Shown here piece by piece: positions 40,526 through 51,077 of a stretch of DNA of 64,000 bases (within the stretch, counting starts at the first letter, position 1; each line of letters starts with the position of its first letter). The stretch comes from an uncultured bacterium (GTDB lineage Bacteria; Chlamydiota; Chlamydiia; Chlamydiales; JAAKFR01): NCBI GenBank assembly GCA_964350245.1, contig CAYGJC010000003.1:97180-161179 (forward strand), given 5' to 3'. Below the pieces are notes generated by a model, which was not told the origin of the DNA, did not search any database, and was given only the letters and a program-made list of their open reading frames with translations. A program made the position numbers and the translations under genes.

Positions 40526-42661
40526 ATGAAGCGAATTACGAATTTTTTTGTTAGAGCCTTTAGTGGGGAAGCTGCTCTTTCGGCGATCAATCGCTCTAGC
40601 GATTTGATCTTAGCAGCTTGGATCATCGCAGTTATGGTGATGATCGTCCTTCCTGTGCCCCCTGCGGTCATTGACCTTCTGATTACCTTCAACCTAACGG
40701 CTGCTGTTGGCTTGTTGATGGTTGCTCTGTATATTCCGAGTGCCATCCACCTCTCTATGTTTCCAACGATGCTTCTTGTCACCACCTTGTTCCGTTTAGG
40801 TGTCAATATCTGTACTACCCGGCAAATTCTCCTACATGCTTACGCCGGAGATATCATCGGAGCCTTTGGTAATTTTGTGGTTGGTGGAAACTATGTCGTT
40901 GGTTTCGTGATCTTTTTGATCATCACCATTGTACAATTTATCGTTGTCACCAAAGGTGCTGAGCGAGTTGCTGAGGTAGCGGCGCGCTTCCGGTTGGACG
41001 CGATGCCCGGTAAGCAAATGGCGATTGATGCTGATATGCGCGCAGGAGTGATCGATAATAACCAGGCCAGAGACAAGCGCGCGCTTATTCAAAGGGAGAG
41101 TGAACTGTATGGAGCCATGGATGGTGCCATGAAGTTCGTCAAAGGAGACGTGATTGCCGGGATGGTGATCGCCTTCATTAACATTGTCGGTGGATTGATC
41201 ATCGGGGTGGCCCAGCACGGCATGACCCTAGCGCAAGCGGCCAAGGTCTACACCCTGCTTTCTATCGGGGATGGCCTTGTCTCTCAAATCCCCTCTCTTT
41301 TAATCTGCCTAACTGCAGGTATTGTGACTACTCGTGTCTCCAGCGACCGAAAAGACTCCAATATCGGTAAAGAGATCTCTATCCAACTTCTCCGTGAACC
41401 ACGCGCTTTGATCATTGCCGCAGCAGCCATTTTTGGTATTGGATTTTTAAAGGGATTTCCAGCTTGGCCTTTTGCGATCTTAGGCTTTATCTTAGCCACC
41501 AGTGGGATTGCCGTTTGGAGACGTCAGAAGAAGGAGGCCGCTCGGGTAGCTGCCGGTGGAGCTCCCGGAGCGATTGAAACCGATATCGAAGGACATGCGA
41601 TTGTCGGAAGTGGAAGTGAAGATTATGCGCTCACCCTGCCGGTCATCTTAGAGGCGGGAGACAATCTCTCTGCATTAATCGAGAAAAAAACCAAAGGTGC
41701 TCTCAATCTTGTCGAAGAGCTCATGCCACGCATGCGCCAGGCTCTTTATCAAGATCTGGGGATCCGCTTTCCCGGGGTCCATATACGGACTAAATCCCCC
41801 TCTTTGGAAAAAGACGAATACGCCATTTTACTTAATGAAGTTCCCGTCATTCGCGGAAAAATTCCTGACCACTACCTCCTTACCAATGAACTAGAAGAAA
41901 ATTTACGGCGCTACAATCTCCCCTTTATTGCCTATAAAAACGCCTCAGGCCTCCCCTCGTTATGGGTAGAAGATCAGTACAAAGAAATTATGGAAAAAGC
42001 AGGCATCAAGTACTGGACTTCTCTTGAGGTAGTCATTCTGCACCTCTCTTATTTCTTCCGTCAAAATGCTCAGGAGTTTCTTGGAATTCAAGAAGTACGC
42101 TCAATGTTAGAGTTTATGGAGCGCTCCTTCCCCGATCTTGTGAAAGAGGTCACCCGCCTGATTCCGCTGCAAAAACTCACTGAAATTTTCAAAAGGATCA
42201 CGCAGGAACAGATTTCGGTTAAGGATCTCCGTACGATTATGGAAGCTTTGAGTGAGTGGGCTCAGTCTGAAAAAGATACCGTCTTGCTGACTGAGTATGT
42301 CCGTGCATCCCTTAAACGATATATTAGTTATAAATACTCTCAGGGACAATCGACCCTTTCGGTCTATTTACTCGATCCTGAGATCGAGGAGATAGTGCGT
42401 GGAGCCATTAAACAGACATCGGCAGGCTCTTACCTCGCTTTGGATCCGGACTCTGTTAATTTGATTTTGAAAGGGATGCGTAATACTGTGACGCCTACAC
42501 CCCCTGGAGGACAGCCGCCTGTTCTTTTGACTGCTATCGATGTTCGTCGCTTCGTACGCAAATTGATTGAAACAGAGTATCCGGATGTTTCTGTTGTATC
42601 GTATCAAGAGATTCTTCCTGAGATTCGGATTCAACCTTTGGGAAGGGTTCAGCTAGCATAA
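40526..42661 (+). CDS. sctV: T3SS major export gate SctV (CdsV/LcrD)
   Basis: FHIPEP motifs KGAERVAEVAARFRLDAMPGKQMAIDAD, YGAMDGAMKFVKGD, GDGLVSQIP. Confidence 0.97.
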   Translation: MKRITNFFVRAFSGEAALSAINRSSDLILAAWIIAVMVMIVLPVPPAVIDLLITFNLTAAVGLLMVALYIPSAIHLSMFPTMLLVTTLFRLGVNICTTRQILLHAYAGDIIGAFGNFVVGGNYVVGFVIFLIITIVQFIVVTKGAERVAEVAARFRLDAMPGKQMAIDADMRAGVIDNNQARDKRALIQRESELYGAMDGAMKFVKGDVIAGMVIAFINIVGGLIIGVAQHGMTLAQAAKVYTLLSIGDGLVSQIPSLLICLTAGIVTTRVSSDRKDSNIGKEISIQLLREPRALIIAAAAIFGIGFLKGFPAWPFAILGFILATSGIAVWRRQKKEAARVAAGGAPGAIETDIEGHAIVGSGSEDYALTLPVILEAGDNLSALIEKKTKGALNLVEELMPRMRQALYQDLGIRFPGVHIRTKSPSLEKDEYAILLNEVPVIRGKIPDHYLLTNELEENLRRYNLPFIAYKNASGLPSLWVEDQYKEIMEKAGIKYWTSLEVVILHLSYFFRQNAQEFLGIQEVRSMLEFMERSFPDLVKEVTRLIPLQKLTEIFKRITQEQISVKDLRTIMEALSEWAQSEKDTVLLTEYVRASLKRYISYKYSQGQSTLSVYLLDPEIEEIVRGAIKQTSAGSYLALDPDSVNLILKGMRNTVTPTPPGGQPPVLLTAIDVRRFVRKLIETEYPDVSVVSYQEILPEIRIQPLGRVQLA

Positions 42662-42678
42662 AGGAGATTTAGGGGGGG

Positions 42679-43815
42679 ATGACAGATCCGATACCAATCA
42701 ACTTAGCCGCAATTGAGGCGCGTGCGACTCAAAAAGAAGCGACTCAAATTACTGCCTTTCAAGATGCTGCTAAATCTCGCTTTGTCGAAGAAATTGAAAG
42801 AGGATTTAATCCCGGCGCGGTTGAGCGAGAACAAGCGCGCAACAGCCGCTTTAAAACACTTGAGAGCCGGAAAAAAAATCCTACTTCTGAATCAAAACGA
42901 GTCGAAGGTGTCAAGGCAAAATCAGAAGAAGATCTCGCTCAAGACTACAATCGCCGTAATCCAGAGCTGCCCCCGGACCGTCTTCGTTCTTTAAAAGAAT
43001 CGCTGAAAGAAGGGCAGAGCGCCGAGGACATTCTATCCGACGTAAGCAAAGAGTTCCCTGATGCCACTCTGGCTGATGAAGCGCTGGAGTATCTGGAAAA
43101 AGAGACTGAAGGCAATTTGAACGCGTCGGTTCAAAAAGCACGCTCTCTACTCAACGAGCTTAAAGGGCGTGAGGTGATTGCGGGACGTAATGTGGATACT
43201 GTCGCCAAGTCCTATCACAAGCGAGGGGTCGGGGATAGCGCTACGGAGCTACGAGAACTCTATCGTGATATTACGGGCAACCCACGAAATCATAACACCC
43301 TATTCTCAGAGCTTGCCAATCGATATCCCTTCAACCAACTGAAACTAGTTGTGGCCTTCTTGTTGAAAGGGCTTGCCTACGACCTTAAATCAAAAGGCCC
43401 TTCGATCCCTCAGCCTGAACTCATGCGCTTAATGACTGAGACGCGTAATTTACAATCCATTCTGTGGGTTTACCTCTTTTTCAAATCTCGTATGAAGATG
43501 ATCGCCTCGCTATACAAATCCTACGGCCTCACCTTCACGCACCAGCTCGCTTTTGAAGCTTTAGCAAAAGAGTTCATTCGCCTGGTTGAAGAGCGCTACC
43601 CTTCTGTACTCAAACTGTTAAAGCAACTAGAGAAATTTGGTCCTTTAGATGAACTCGAACAAATTATTGTCTTGATGCAATATCGGGATGCCATTAGGCA
43701 ACTCTCCCCTCGCCTCTATAAATCGGTCAAGCACAGGCAGGACTTGCTGCTTGTGATCTTGGAATCATTAGAAGAGCTTGAAGAGAGAGTGATAGAAGAG
43801 GAAGATGAGGAGTAA
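42679..43815 (+). CDS. copN: T3SS gatekeeper CopN (SctW/LcrE)
   Basis: Position between sctV and scc1; HrpJ/YopN-like LRELYR and C-terminal TyeA-like region (AIRQLSPRLY...RQDLL) with acidic tail. Confidence 0.85.
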   Translation: MTDPIPINLAAIEARATQKEATQITAFQDAAKSRFVEEIERGFNPGAVEREQARNSRFKTLESRKKNPTSESKRVEGVKAKSEEDLAQDYNRRNPELPPDRLRSLKESLKEGQSAEDILSDVSKEFPDATLADEALEYLEKETEGNLNASVQKARSLLNELKGREVIAGRNVDTVAKSYHKRGVGDSATELRELYRDITGNPRNHNTLFSELANRYPFNQLKLVVAFLLKGLAYDLKSKGPSIPQPELMRLMTETRNLQSILWVYLFFKSRMKMIASLYKSYGLTFTHQLAFEALAKEFIRLVEERYPSVLKLLKQLEKFGPLDELEQIIVLMQYRDAIRQLSPRLYKSVKHRQDLLLVILESLEELEERVIEEEDEE

Positions 43816-43817
43816 CC

Positions 43818-44276
43818 ATGACCCCCTTTGAAGATTTGATTCGCGCGCTTGGAAAAGAAATGGACATTACCCTAGAGCCCGACTCACACCAGTCTTGTCT
43901 GCTCACTTTTCCTAAAGAAAACCTTTCGATCCAGATCGATCTAGATACGAGCGCCGAGCAAATTTTAATCGGATCACAGTTAGGAGAGGTGCCTCCAGGA
44001 TCCTATCGAGAACGTGTATTTACACAAGCCATGCGTGTGAATGGAACTTCGACGACCCCAAGAGGCATTCTCGCCTACAGTGAAATGAATGGAACCCTTA
44101 TTCTCTTTCAGTTTCTCTCTCTCGCCGCCCTTGATGGCCCTAAATTAAACGGCTTTGTACAGCTTTTCCGCGAGCACGCCAAAGCGTGGAAAGAGGCGCT
44201 GGACAAAGGAGAGCTCCCTCCTCTAGAGGAGGATGTAGTTCCTCCTGGAGATCCCATGTTTGGGATGAAGAGATGA
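43818..44276 (+). CDS. scc1: Class I T3SS chaperone Scc1 (SycE/CesT family)
   Basis: 152-aa acidic protein with CesT-like layout (LGEVPPG..RE, FREHAKAWKEAL); directly after copN. Confidence 0.82.
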   Translation: MTPFEDLIRALGKEMDITLEPDSHQSCLLTFPKENLSIQIDLDTSAEQILIGSQLGEVPPGSYRERVFTQAMRVNGTSTTPRGILAYSEMNGTLILFQFLSLAALDGPKLNGFVQLFREHAKAWKEALDKGELPPLEEDVVPPGDPMFGMKR

Positions 44277-45880
44277 AAGAGACGCTCAAACAAAAACTCC
44301 TACAGACCCCTGCAGGTCCGCAGTGGAGCCAAATTGGTGTGCGCCATCATCACGGCATCTGCGTTCCCCTTTTTTCTCTTCTCTCAGAGAGAAGTTGTGG
44401 CATAGGCGAGTTTCTTGACCTGATTCCCCTGATCGGCTGGTGCCAAGACTTGAAAATGGACGTGATTCAACTTTTGCCTCTCAATGACATCGGTCTTGGA
44501 ACCAGCCCCTATAGCGCTCTTTCTGCCAACGCATTGACTCCTATTCATCTCTCTCTTTTTGCCCTGCCCGACCTGGATCGAGTCCCTGACTACCAAGTCA
44601 AGCTGGCCAAAATACGGTATTGGAATCGAACCAGCCGCGTCAAGTATCACATTGTACGCGAGTTAAAATTTGCCTTTCTGCGTGAATATTTCCGTTGTGT
44701 CTACGATGACTTTTCAAGATCTGTCGATTACCGCTCCTTTATGGAGCAAAATCCGTGGCTCGTCCCCTACTCTCTTTTTAAAGCGCTTAAAGAAGATCAA
44801 ATGTGGAAAACCTGGGAAGAGTGGCCCACACACTTAAAGAGCCCCTCTGAAAAAGGTTATCATGAGCTACTCGAGCAGCACAAAGAGCGGTGCAATTTCC
44901 ACACCTTTCTCCAGTATCTCTGCTATAAGCAGCTTGAAGAGGTGAAAAAAATTGCCAACGAAAAAGGTGTCTACATCAAAGGAGATATACCGATCTTAAT
45001 TAGCCGCGATAGTGCGGATGTGTGGCACAAGCGACACCTTTTTTTTCTCCATCAGGCTGTTGGCGCTCCTCCGGACATGTATTCTCGTGATGGACAAGAT
45101 TGGGGCTTTCCGGTTTATGATTGGGAGGAGCTAGAGAAGCGTGACTACGACTGGTGGCGTGAAAGACTGCAGATCGCCTCGCACCTCTATAACCTCTATC
45201 GGATTGATCATGTGGTCGGATTTTTTCGTCTATGGACCATCCCACTTGGTAAAACAGCCAAAGAAGGACTGTTCACCCCTGCAAATCCGGAAGAGTGGAT
45301 TCCGCATGGAAAAAAACTCATGGAAATGATGATCAAAACAGCCCCCATTCTTCCTATCGGCGAAGATCTGGGGCTGGTTCCCGATTCGGTCAAACAGTGT
45401 CTCTATGATCTAGGCATTTGCGGAACTAAGATGATGCGCTGGGAGCGCAACTATGAGGCGGGAGGAAGCTTTATTCCAATTCAGGATTACCAGCCGATGA
45501 CCATGTCGACTGTATCGACGCATGACTCAGACACACTCCAACTATGGTGGCGTCATTTTCCCAAAGAAGCAAAGCTTTTCTCGGAATTTAAAGGGTGGGA
45601 TTATAAGCCCTTCTTAACCTTGGAACGGCATAAAGAGATTTTGTGTGACTCTCACCGCTCAGCAAGCCTTTTCCATATTAATTTACTGCAGGAGTACTTG
45701 GCTCTTTTCCCCGATCTTGTGTCCAAAAATGCCAACAACGAGCGTATCAACATTCCGGGTAAAATCCTCGATACCAACTGGACGTATCGTTTTCGCCTTC
45801 CGGTCGAAAAAATCGTGGCACATATCCCCTTACGCCATGCGATGAACGACATCATCCCTTCACAGCCAATGCCCCCTTAA
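44273..45880 (+). CDS. malQ: 4-alpha-glucanotransferase (amylomaltase, GH77)
   Basis: QLLPLND, SPYSALS, KGDIPI, GAPPDMYS..GQDWGFP, RIDHVVG, GEDLG, STHD, RINIPG. ATG 44273 overlaps the scc1 stop. Confidence 0.95.
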   Translation: MKETLKQKLLQTPAGPQWSQIGVRHHHGICVPLFSLLSERSCGIGEFLDLIPLIGWCQDLKMDVIQLLPLNDIGLGTSPYSALSANALTPIHLSLFALPDLDRVPDYQVKLAKIRYWNRTSRVKYHIVRELKFAFLREYFRCVYDDFSRSVDYRSFMEQNPWLVPYSLFKALKEDQMWKTWEEWPTHLKSPSEKGYHELLEQHKERCNFHTFLQYLCYKQLEEVKKIANEKGVYIKGDIPILISRDSADVWHKRHLFFLHQAVGAPPDMYSRDGQDWGFPVYDWEELEKRDYDWWRERLQIASHLYNLYRIDHVVGFFRLWTIPLGKTAKEGLFTPANPEEWIPHGKKLMEMMIKTAPILPIGEDLGLVPDSVKQCLYDLGICGTKMMRWERNYEAGGSFIPIQDYQPMTMSTVSTHDSDTLQLWWRHFPKEAKLFSEFKGWDYKPFLTLERHKEILCDSHRSASLFHINLLQEYLALFPDLVSKNANNERINIPGKILDTNWTYRFRLPVEKIVAHIPLRHAMNDIIPSQPMPP

Positions 45881-45963
45881 CTAGATCTCGAAAAAACGTG
45901 TTTGTATAAATTCTCCTCATAATGTTATGTCGACTATAAAACTGAAAATGTATAGGAATTGAG

Positions 45964-47025
45964 ATGATGCATTTAAAAAAAGCCCTATTCACAGCAATTC
46001 TTCTATTGAGTAGCCCTCTATTATGTGCGGATGTCTTCTATAATGACTTCCCTGATGAATGCTGCTATGACTGCTGCTCCAATGGCTATACGTTTGCAGT
46101 TTGGTTTGATCCCATGGCAGTGAAACCGTGTCAATCTAACCTACGCTTTGTCACCATTAGAGAAGAAGATGCAACCGTATCGGATACGCTCACTGACTAC
46201 TCTTTACACCCTGATTGGGACTTTGGGTTTCGGCTAGGCGGCGGCATCAAATCACAATGTAAACCTTGGTCGTTCCGCGCCGATTATACTCACTGGGAGA
46301 ATCGCTCCAGTGGTTCTGCAATCGCAACAAGTCTTGGCGCGGGGGTGGAGATGGTTCCCATTGATGGAACCCTACGCCCTGCTCTGGGCCCCAACGTATC
46401 TGTAGAAGACGGCTTTACAGCGACTACATCCATATCTTTAAACTATGAGTATTCTTTATTTGATCTAACAGCTGCTTGGTCTTGTTGTGTTTGCCGTAAT
46501 CTTAAGCTAACTCCTTACGGGGGATTGAGAGGGTTTTGGTTCAAAACAAATGCCAAGCAAATCAACGCAAATGAAGCAAACTTCATCTATTCTCCTTCAG
46601 GAGACCTCTCAACAGCAACAAACGACTACACGGCATATGGCATTGTAGGAGGACTACGATTTAACTATAGGCTTTGCGGCTGTTTCCATTTCTATGGTTC
46701 CTTTGGAGGCTCGATTTTGGCGGGAGAAAACACGTTCTTCCTTTCAGAATATGCGTCTCAAAACCCTATACCTCTTGTGATCAACGAGGAAAAGCTCTGT
46801 CTGTATAATCACAGTTTGGAAGGGGCTTGGGGAATCACGTACGACACCTGTTTTTGTGGACTGAACACACACATAGGTGTGGGTTACGAAGTCACGCAAT
46901 GGAATGAAACCTTACCAAGTCCTCTTGGATATAACATATCGGGAATTTCTTCAGTGGACGATGTTCCGTCACCTCGAGGACTTTTTGTTCAGGCAATCAC
47001 AGCGCGCCTTGGGATCGCGTACTAA
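45964..47025 (+). CDS. Cysteine-rich outer-membrane beta-barrel protein, MOMP-like/Lpg1974 family
   Basis: Signal peptide, PDWDFGFRLG, LTPYGGLRG, FGGSILAG, VGYEVTQW, C-terminal aromatic (ARLGIAY); many Cys. Confidence 0.78.
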   Translation: MMHLKKALFTAILLLSSPLLCADVFYNDFPDECCYDCCSNGYTFAVWFDPMAVKPCQSNLRFVTIREEDATVSDTLTDYSLHPDWDFGFRLGGGIKSQCKPWSFRADYTHWENRSSGSAIATSLGAGVEMVPIDGTLRPALGPNVSVEDGFTATTSISLNYEYSLFDLTAAWSCCVCRNLKLTPYGGLRGFWFKTNAKQINANEANFIYSPSGDLSTATNDYTAYGIVGGLRFNYRLCGCFHFYGSFGGSILAGENTFFLSEYASQNPIPLVINEEKLCLYNHSLEGAWGITYDTCFCGLNTHIGVGYEVTQWNETLPSPLGYNISGISSVDDVPSPRGLFVQAITARLGIAY

Positions 47026-47034
47026 CCGAGCCCA

Positions 47035-49608
47035 TCAGAAGCACATTCTTCCGTCTTTAACGGTTAGTTTGACCTCTTTATTGGGAACAATGCGGCCTTC
47101 TAAGAGCGCTTTGGAAAGAGGATTGACCACCTCATGCTGAATCAATCGTTTCAGCGGCCTGGCCCCAAACGCAGGATCATACCCCTCCTTGGCCAAATGC
47201 TGGATCACCTCATTGCCCCAGCTAAGGGTAATATGTCTTTCTGCCAAGCGCCTCACTACACGATCCATCTGGATCTCCACAATCTGCGCCATCTGCTCCT
47301 CCTGTAGAGGGAGAAAAGGGAGAATCTCATCCAATCGATTTAAAAATTCAGGGCGAAAATGCTGCCGCAATACAGGTTCGACCGTCTCTAAAACGCGCTC
47401 TTTGGTTAGGTTCTCTTTTTTGATCGCCTCCATCAACTGATCTGAACCTAAGTTTGAGGTCATGATAAACAGAGCGTTTTTACAGTTTACTTTACGTCCC
47501 TTACTATCAGTTAATCTTCCATCATCAAAGACTTGTAGAAGAATGTTAAAGACATCGTGATGTGCCTTTTCAATTTCATCGAGCAAAACAACCGCGTAAG
47601 GGCGACGCCGGAGTGCTTCAGAGAGCTGCCCTCCTTCATCGTAGCCTACATAGCCCGGAGGCGAACCGATCAACTTAGAAACGGTATGTTTCTCCATATA
47701 CTCAGACATATCTAAGCGGATCATGGCCTCTTCATTATCAAAGAGCTGCTCAGCCAATGCCTTGGCAAGCTCGGTTTTTCCAACACCCGTTGGACCCAAG
47801 AAAAGAAAAGCACCTGTGGGACGATTAGGATCGTTGAGGCCTGCTCGCGCTGCACGAATGGCATCGCTCACTGCTGTGATCGCAAACTCCTGCCCTACTA
47901 CACGCTCCCCAAGAGCTTTTTCTAAAAGCAACAGTTTTTCTGCTTCACCTTCCATCATTTTCTGCACCGGGATCCCAGTCCATTTAGCGACAATCTGCGC
48001 GACTAAATACTCATCCACCTCTTCTTGCAAAAGGCGATTTTCCTTTTTCGATAGCTTCTCTTCAGCCTCTTCAATCTCTTTTTTCAATGCGGGAAGTTCA
48101 TTATAGCGAATCTGCGCCACACGATTGTAGTCGGCTACTCTTTCAGCCTCTTCTTCTTGAAAGCGAAGCTGTTCGAGTTGGTTTTTCTTTTCTTTGACCG
48201 AAACAAGAATTGTCTTTTCGTTATCCCATCTCTGTTTGAGTAGAGCGAGCTCTTCTTTAAGCTGAGCAATCTTTTTATCGAGATCCGTACTCTCCTCTTT
48301 GGCAACAGGAGTCTCTTCACGCTTGAGTCCCTCTTGTTTCACAATAAGCGAGGCAAGCTCACGTTCCTTAATGTCGATTGGAAGCGGACGTGAGCCTAAC
48401 TGCATCCGAATTAAGCTCGCTGCTTCGTCTATGAGGTCAATTGCTTTGTCCGGCAAAAAGCGATCGGAGATGTAACGGTGTGAGAGCATCACAGCTGCAT
48501 GGAGCGCCCCTTCGGTGATCCGCACCCCGTGATAAATTTCATACCGTTCACGCAGACCGCGGAGAATCGCAATGGCATCTTCCAATGAGGGCTCTGAGAT
48601 GGTGACAGGCTGAAAACGCCGTTCGAGAGCCGCATCTTTTTCAATGTACTTTTGATACTCGTTTAAAGTTGTGGCTCCCACACAGTGGAGGGTGCCTCGC
48701 GCCAGAGCGGGTTTTAATAAGTTGGCTGCATCCATTGCTCCCTCAGCAGCTCCGGCTCCGACAAGAGTGTGCACCTCATCAATAAAGAGGATCACCTTTC
48801 CCTCACTCTGCTCAACTTCTTGTAAAATGCCTTTAAGCCGCTCTTCAAACTCCCCTCTAAATTTGGTGCCCGCAATCAAGCTGCCCATATCAAGAGAGAC
48901 CAGCTCTTTGTCTAAGAGTGAATCAGGCACATCTTTTTGAATAATTCTTTGTGCAAGCCCCTCAGCAATGGCTGTTTTTCCCACGCCCGGCTCCCCAATG
49001 AGCATCGGGTTGTTTTTGGTCCGACGGCTCAAAACCTGGATGGTCCGACGGATCTCCTCATCGCGTCCAATCACAGGATCAAGCTTTCCCTCACGGGCCA
49101 GGGCCGTGTAGTTTTTACAAAACTTCTCCAAACTCTTCATACTTGTTTCTGCTGTTGGCGAATCCATATGGCGATCTCCTCGCACTTTTCTAATTGATGA
49201 TTGAATCTGCTTAAGTGAAATTCCACTTCTCTCTCTCCAAGCAGCAAAAGGTTCTCCACCCCCCTTCCAGTAGCTTAGCAGAAAATGATCTCCTGAGATG
49301 TAGGTGTCTTCCCACTGTTTGGCAAACTGCTGCGCATCGTGAATGCGCGCCTGCAAATTACGTGCGGGTTTAGGCGGCTCTCCCTCCCCCGAATAGGTGG
49401 GCAGGTGGTTAAGCGCATCCACAACAGAACGGGTTAAATCTTCTGCGCCGCCGACTGTCTCTTCAATAAGCGAGTAGAAATACCCTTGGGCCTCTTCTAA
49501 AAAAGCCAGAAGAAGATGATTTTCCGTCACCTCGGGATTATGCAACTGCTCAGCTTTCTGAAAAGCGCTTTGCAATGCGCTCTGCGTGGCATCTGAGAAA
49601 TTTTCCAT
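47035..49608 (-). CDS. clpB: ATP-dependent chaperone ClpB
   Basis: Two AAA+ modules ([17 protein letters not shown]), [10 protein letters not shown], coiled-coil middle domain, GARPLKR. Confidence 0.96.
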   Translation of the reverse strand: MENFSDATQSALQSAFQKAEQLHNPEVTENHLLLAFLEEAQGYFYSLIEETVGGAEDLTRSVVDALNHLPTYSGEGEPPKPARNLQARIHDAQQFAKQWEDTYISGDHFLLSYWKGGGEPFAAWRERSGISLKQIQSSIRKVRGDRHMDSPTAETSMKSLEKFCKNYTALAREGKLDPVIGRDEEIRRTIQVLSRRTKNNPMLIGEPGVGKTAIAEGLAQRIIQKDVPDSLLDKELVSLDMGSLIAGTKFRGEFEERLKGILQEVEQSEGKVILFIDEVHTLVGAGAAEGAMDAANLLKPALARGTLHCVGATTLNEYQKYIEKDAALERRFQPVTISEPSLEDAIAILRGLRERYEIYHGVRITEGALHAAVMLSHRYISDRFLPDKAIDLIDEAASLIRMQLGSRPLPIDIKERELASLIVKQEGLKREETPVAKEESTDLDKKIAQLKEELALLKQRWDNEKTILVSVKEKKNQLEQLRFQEEEAERVADYNRVAQIRYNELPALKKEIEEAEEKLSKKENRLLQEEVDEYLVAQIVAKWTGIPVQKMMEGEAEKLLLLEKALGERVVGQEFAITAVSDAIRAARAGLNDPNRPTGAFLFLGPTGVGKTELAKALAEQLFDNEEAMIRLDMSEYMEKHTVSKLIGSPPGYVGYDEGGQLSEALRRRPYAVVLLDEIEKAHHDVFNILLQVFDDGRLTDSKGRKVNCKNALFIMTSNLGSDQLMEAIKKENLTKERVLETVEPVLRQHFRPEFLNRLDEILPFLPLQEEQMAQIVEIQMDRVVRRLAERHITLSWGNEVIQHLAKEGYDPAFGARPLKRLIQHEVVNPLSKALLEGRIVPNKEVKLTVKDGRMCF

Positions 49609-49649
49609 GCACTAAATTTAGACAAAAAACGGGTAAAATTCAAGTCGAT

Positions 49650-51077
49650 TTATTCTGGACAGTGCTGAAGTAAAGTCCGTCTTAACTCTTTAAGCGCTTT
49701 GGGAGAAAAATCTCTCTCAGCCGTAATTGCTTCGGCTTGTTTCAGATAACGCCAACAGTTTTTGTAGTCGTGCCGCTCTCCATGCAACACGGCCAAGTAA
49801 TAGGCTGTGACAGGATTATCGGGATCAAGTGCATCATACTGTTTAAGTACAGCAATGGCTTCCTTGGCTCGATTCAGCTGTATCCAACTCACCGCAAGCT
49901 GATGAATTCCTTCTCGAAACTCGGGATAGGTTTTTAAAATCTCTTGGATCTCTTTCTGCTTTTTTAAAATCGATTCACGAGTTTCATCGACCCGCGAAAA
50001 AATAGCCTGAATCCCTGCTAAATCAACTTTGCCTGCTAAGTAATCACTCGCAATCCCGTTTTTCACCACAGCCTCGTCCGGAATCACCTCGGCAACCTCT
50101 TTTAGCAAAGCCTCACCCTCAGCGGTTTTCCCGGTGAAGAGATAACTATAACCTAGCAGCTCTTTGACCAATGGATCAGCTTGCATGTAGGGGCGTGCTT
50201 TTTCATAGGCTGCAACGGCTTGGTCAAACTGATGGGCATGCAGATAGGTCGAGGCTTGGTTCACATGTGTCATTCCAATAACCTCTTTGAGCGTCCGCTC
50301 TTGCAAGCAACGGGTATTGACACTCAAGTAGGCTTCGCTTGGATGATCCACTCCGCGCGCGGTTGTCTCAATGTTGGTGATTTGATCACCTTCCCGATAC
50401 CGAATGTAGATGTGGCCGGGTGGCGTGATGATCTCTAGTGGAAGTTCAATCCTCTGTGCGACAGCCAAATAAAGAGCCGTTACACCCAAACAGACCCCCA
50501 AATGATTATCCATCACAGAGGGAAGAAAGGTGTAGAGATCAATTTTTTCGGCATAAACCGAATGAGGAGGGAACCGAAAGTGCATCTCATCGAAAATCAA
50601 ACGATTCGTCTCCCGAATCTTGTCTAAAGGCGTAGCCCCTTCAGGTAATCGAGATAAGATCTGCAAAGCCATCAAGTCCAACATCGCCGAGTAGCAACGT
50701 GCCTGGTAGTAGGCATCTTCCTTTCCCTCCAGTTGAGAGAGTAGCAAAGCCATCCCTAAATCGATCTCCTCAGAGGGACAGGCGATCACCTCAGCCTCAG
50801 TGCAGGCACCATATCCCTTTAAGGCACGATTCGGCAAATGAGAAGCCAGGTTCTCAATCACACAAATTTCATGCTCGCTCAGTTGTTCAGATGCTCTGTG
50901 TAGCGCAGAGGCGACCACATCAATCTCTTCTTTGGAGGAGGCATTGAGTAGGGAAAAAGCCCGGTTTAAAGCACGATCCTGCTCAGGATAAAGCTCATAA
51001 AAAGCAAGAGTTTGGGAAACAGACTGAGGATCCAGGCTGTTAAAAAGGGCCAAGGTGGCAATAAGGAGCGATTTCAT
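49650..51077 (-). CDS. Transglutaminase-like (SirB1-type) TPR protein
   Basis: GVCLGVTALYLAVAQR...PPGHIYIRY...NIETT core with C-terminal TPRs; same strand directly upstream of clpB. Confidence 0.75.
   Translation of the reverse strand: MKSLLIATLALFNSLDPQSVSQTLAFYELYPEQDRALNRAFSLLNASSKEEIDVVASALHRASEQLSEHEICVIENLASHLPNRALKGYGACTEAEVIACPSEEIDLGMALLLSQLEGKEDAYYQARCYSAMLDLMALQILSRLPEGATPLDKIRETNRLIFDEMHFRFPPHSVYAEKIDLYTFLPSVMDNHLGVCLGVTALYLAVAQRIELPLEIITPPGHIYIRYREGDQITNIETTARGVDHPSEAYLSVNTRCLQERTLKEVIGMTHVNQASTYLHAHQFDQAVAAYEKARPYMQADPLVKELLGYSYLFTGKTAEGEALLKEVAEVIPDEAVVKNGIASDYLAGKVDLAGIQAIFSRVDETRESILKKQKEIQEILKTYPEFREGIHQLAVSWIQLNRAKEAIAVLKQYDALDPDNPVTAYYLAVLHGERHDYKNCWRYLKQAEAITAERDFSPKALKELRRTLLQHCPE

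Noticed and set aside
49609-49650. Possible CIRCE/HrcA operator upstream of clpB
   Set aside because: No TTAGCACTC-N9-GAGTGCTAA match is visible.
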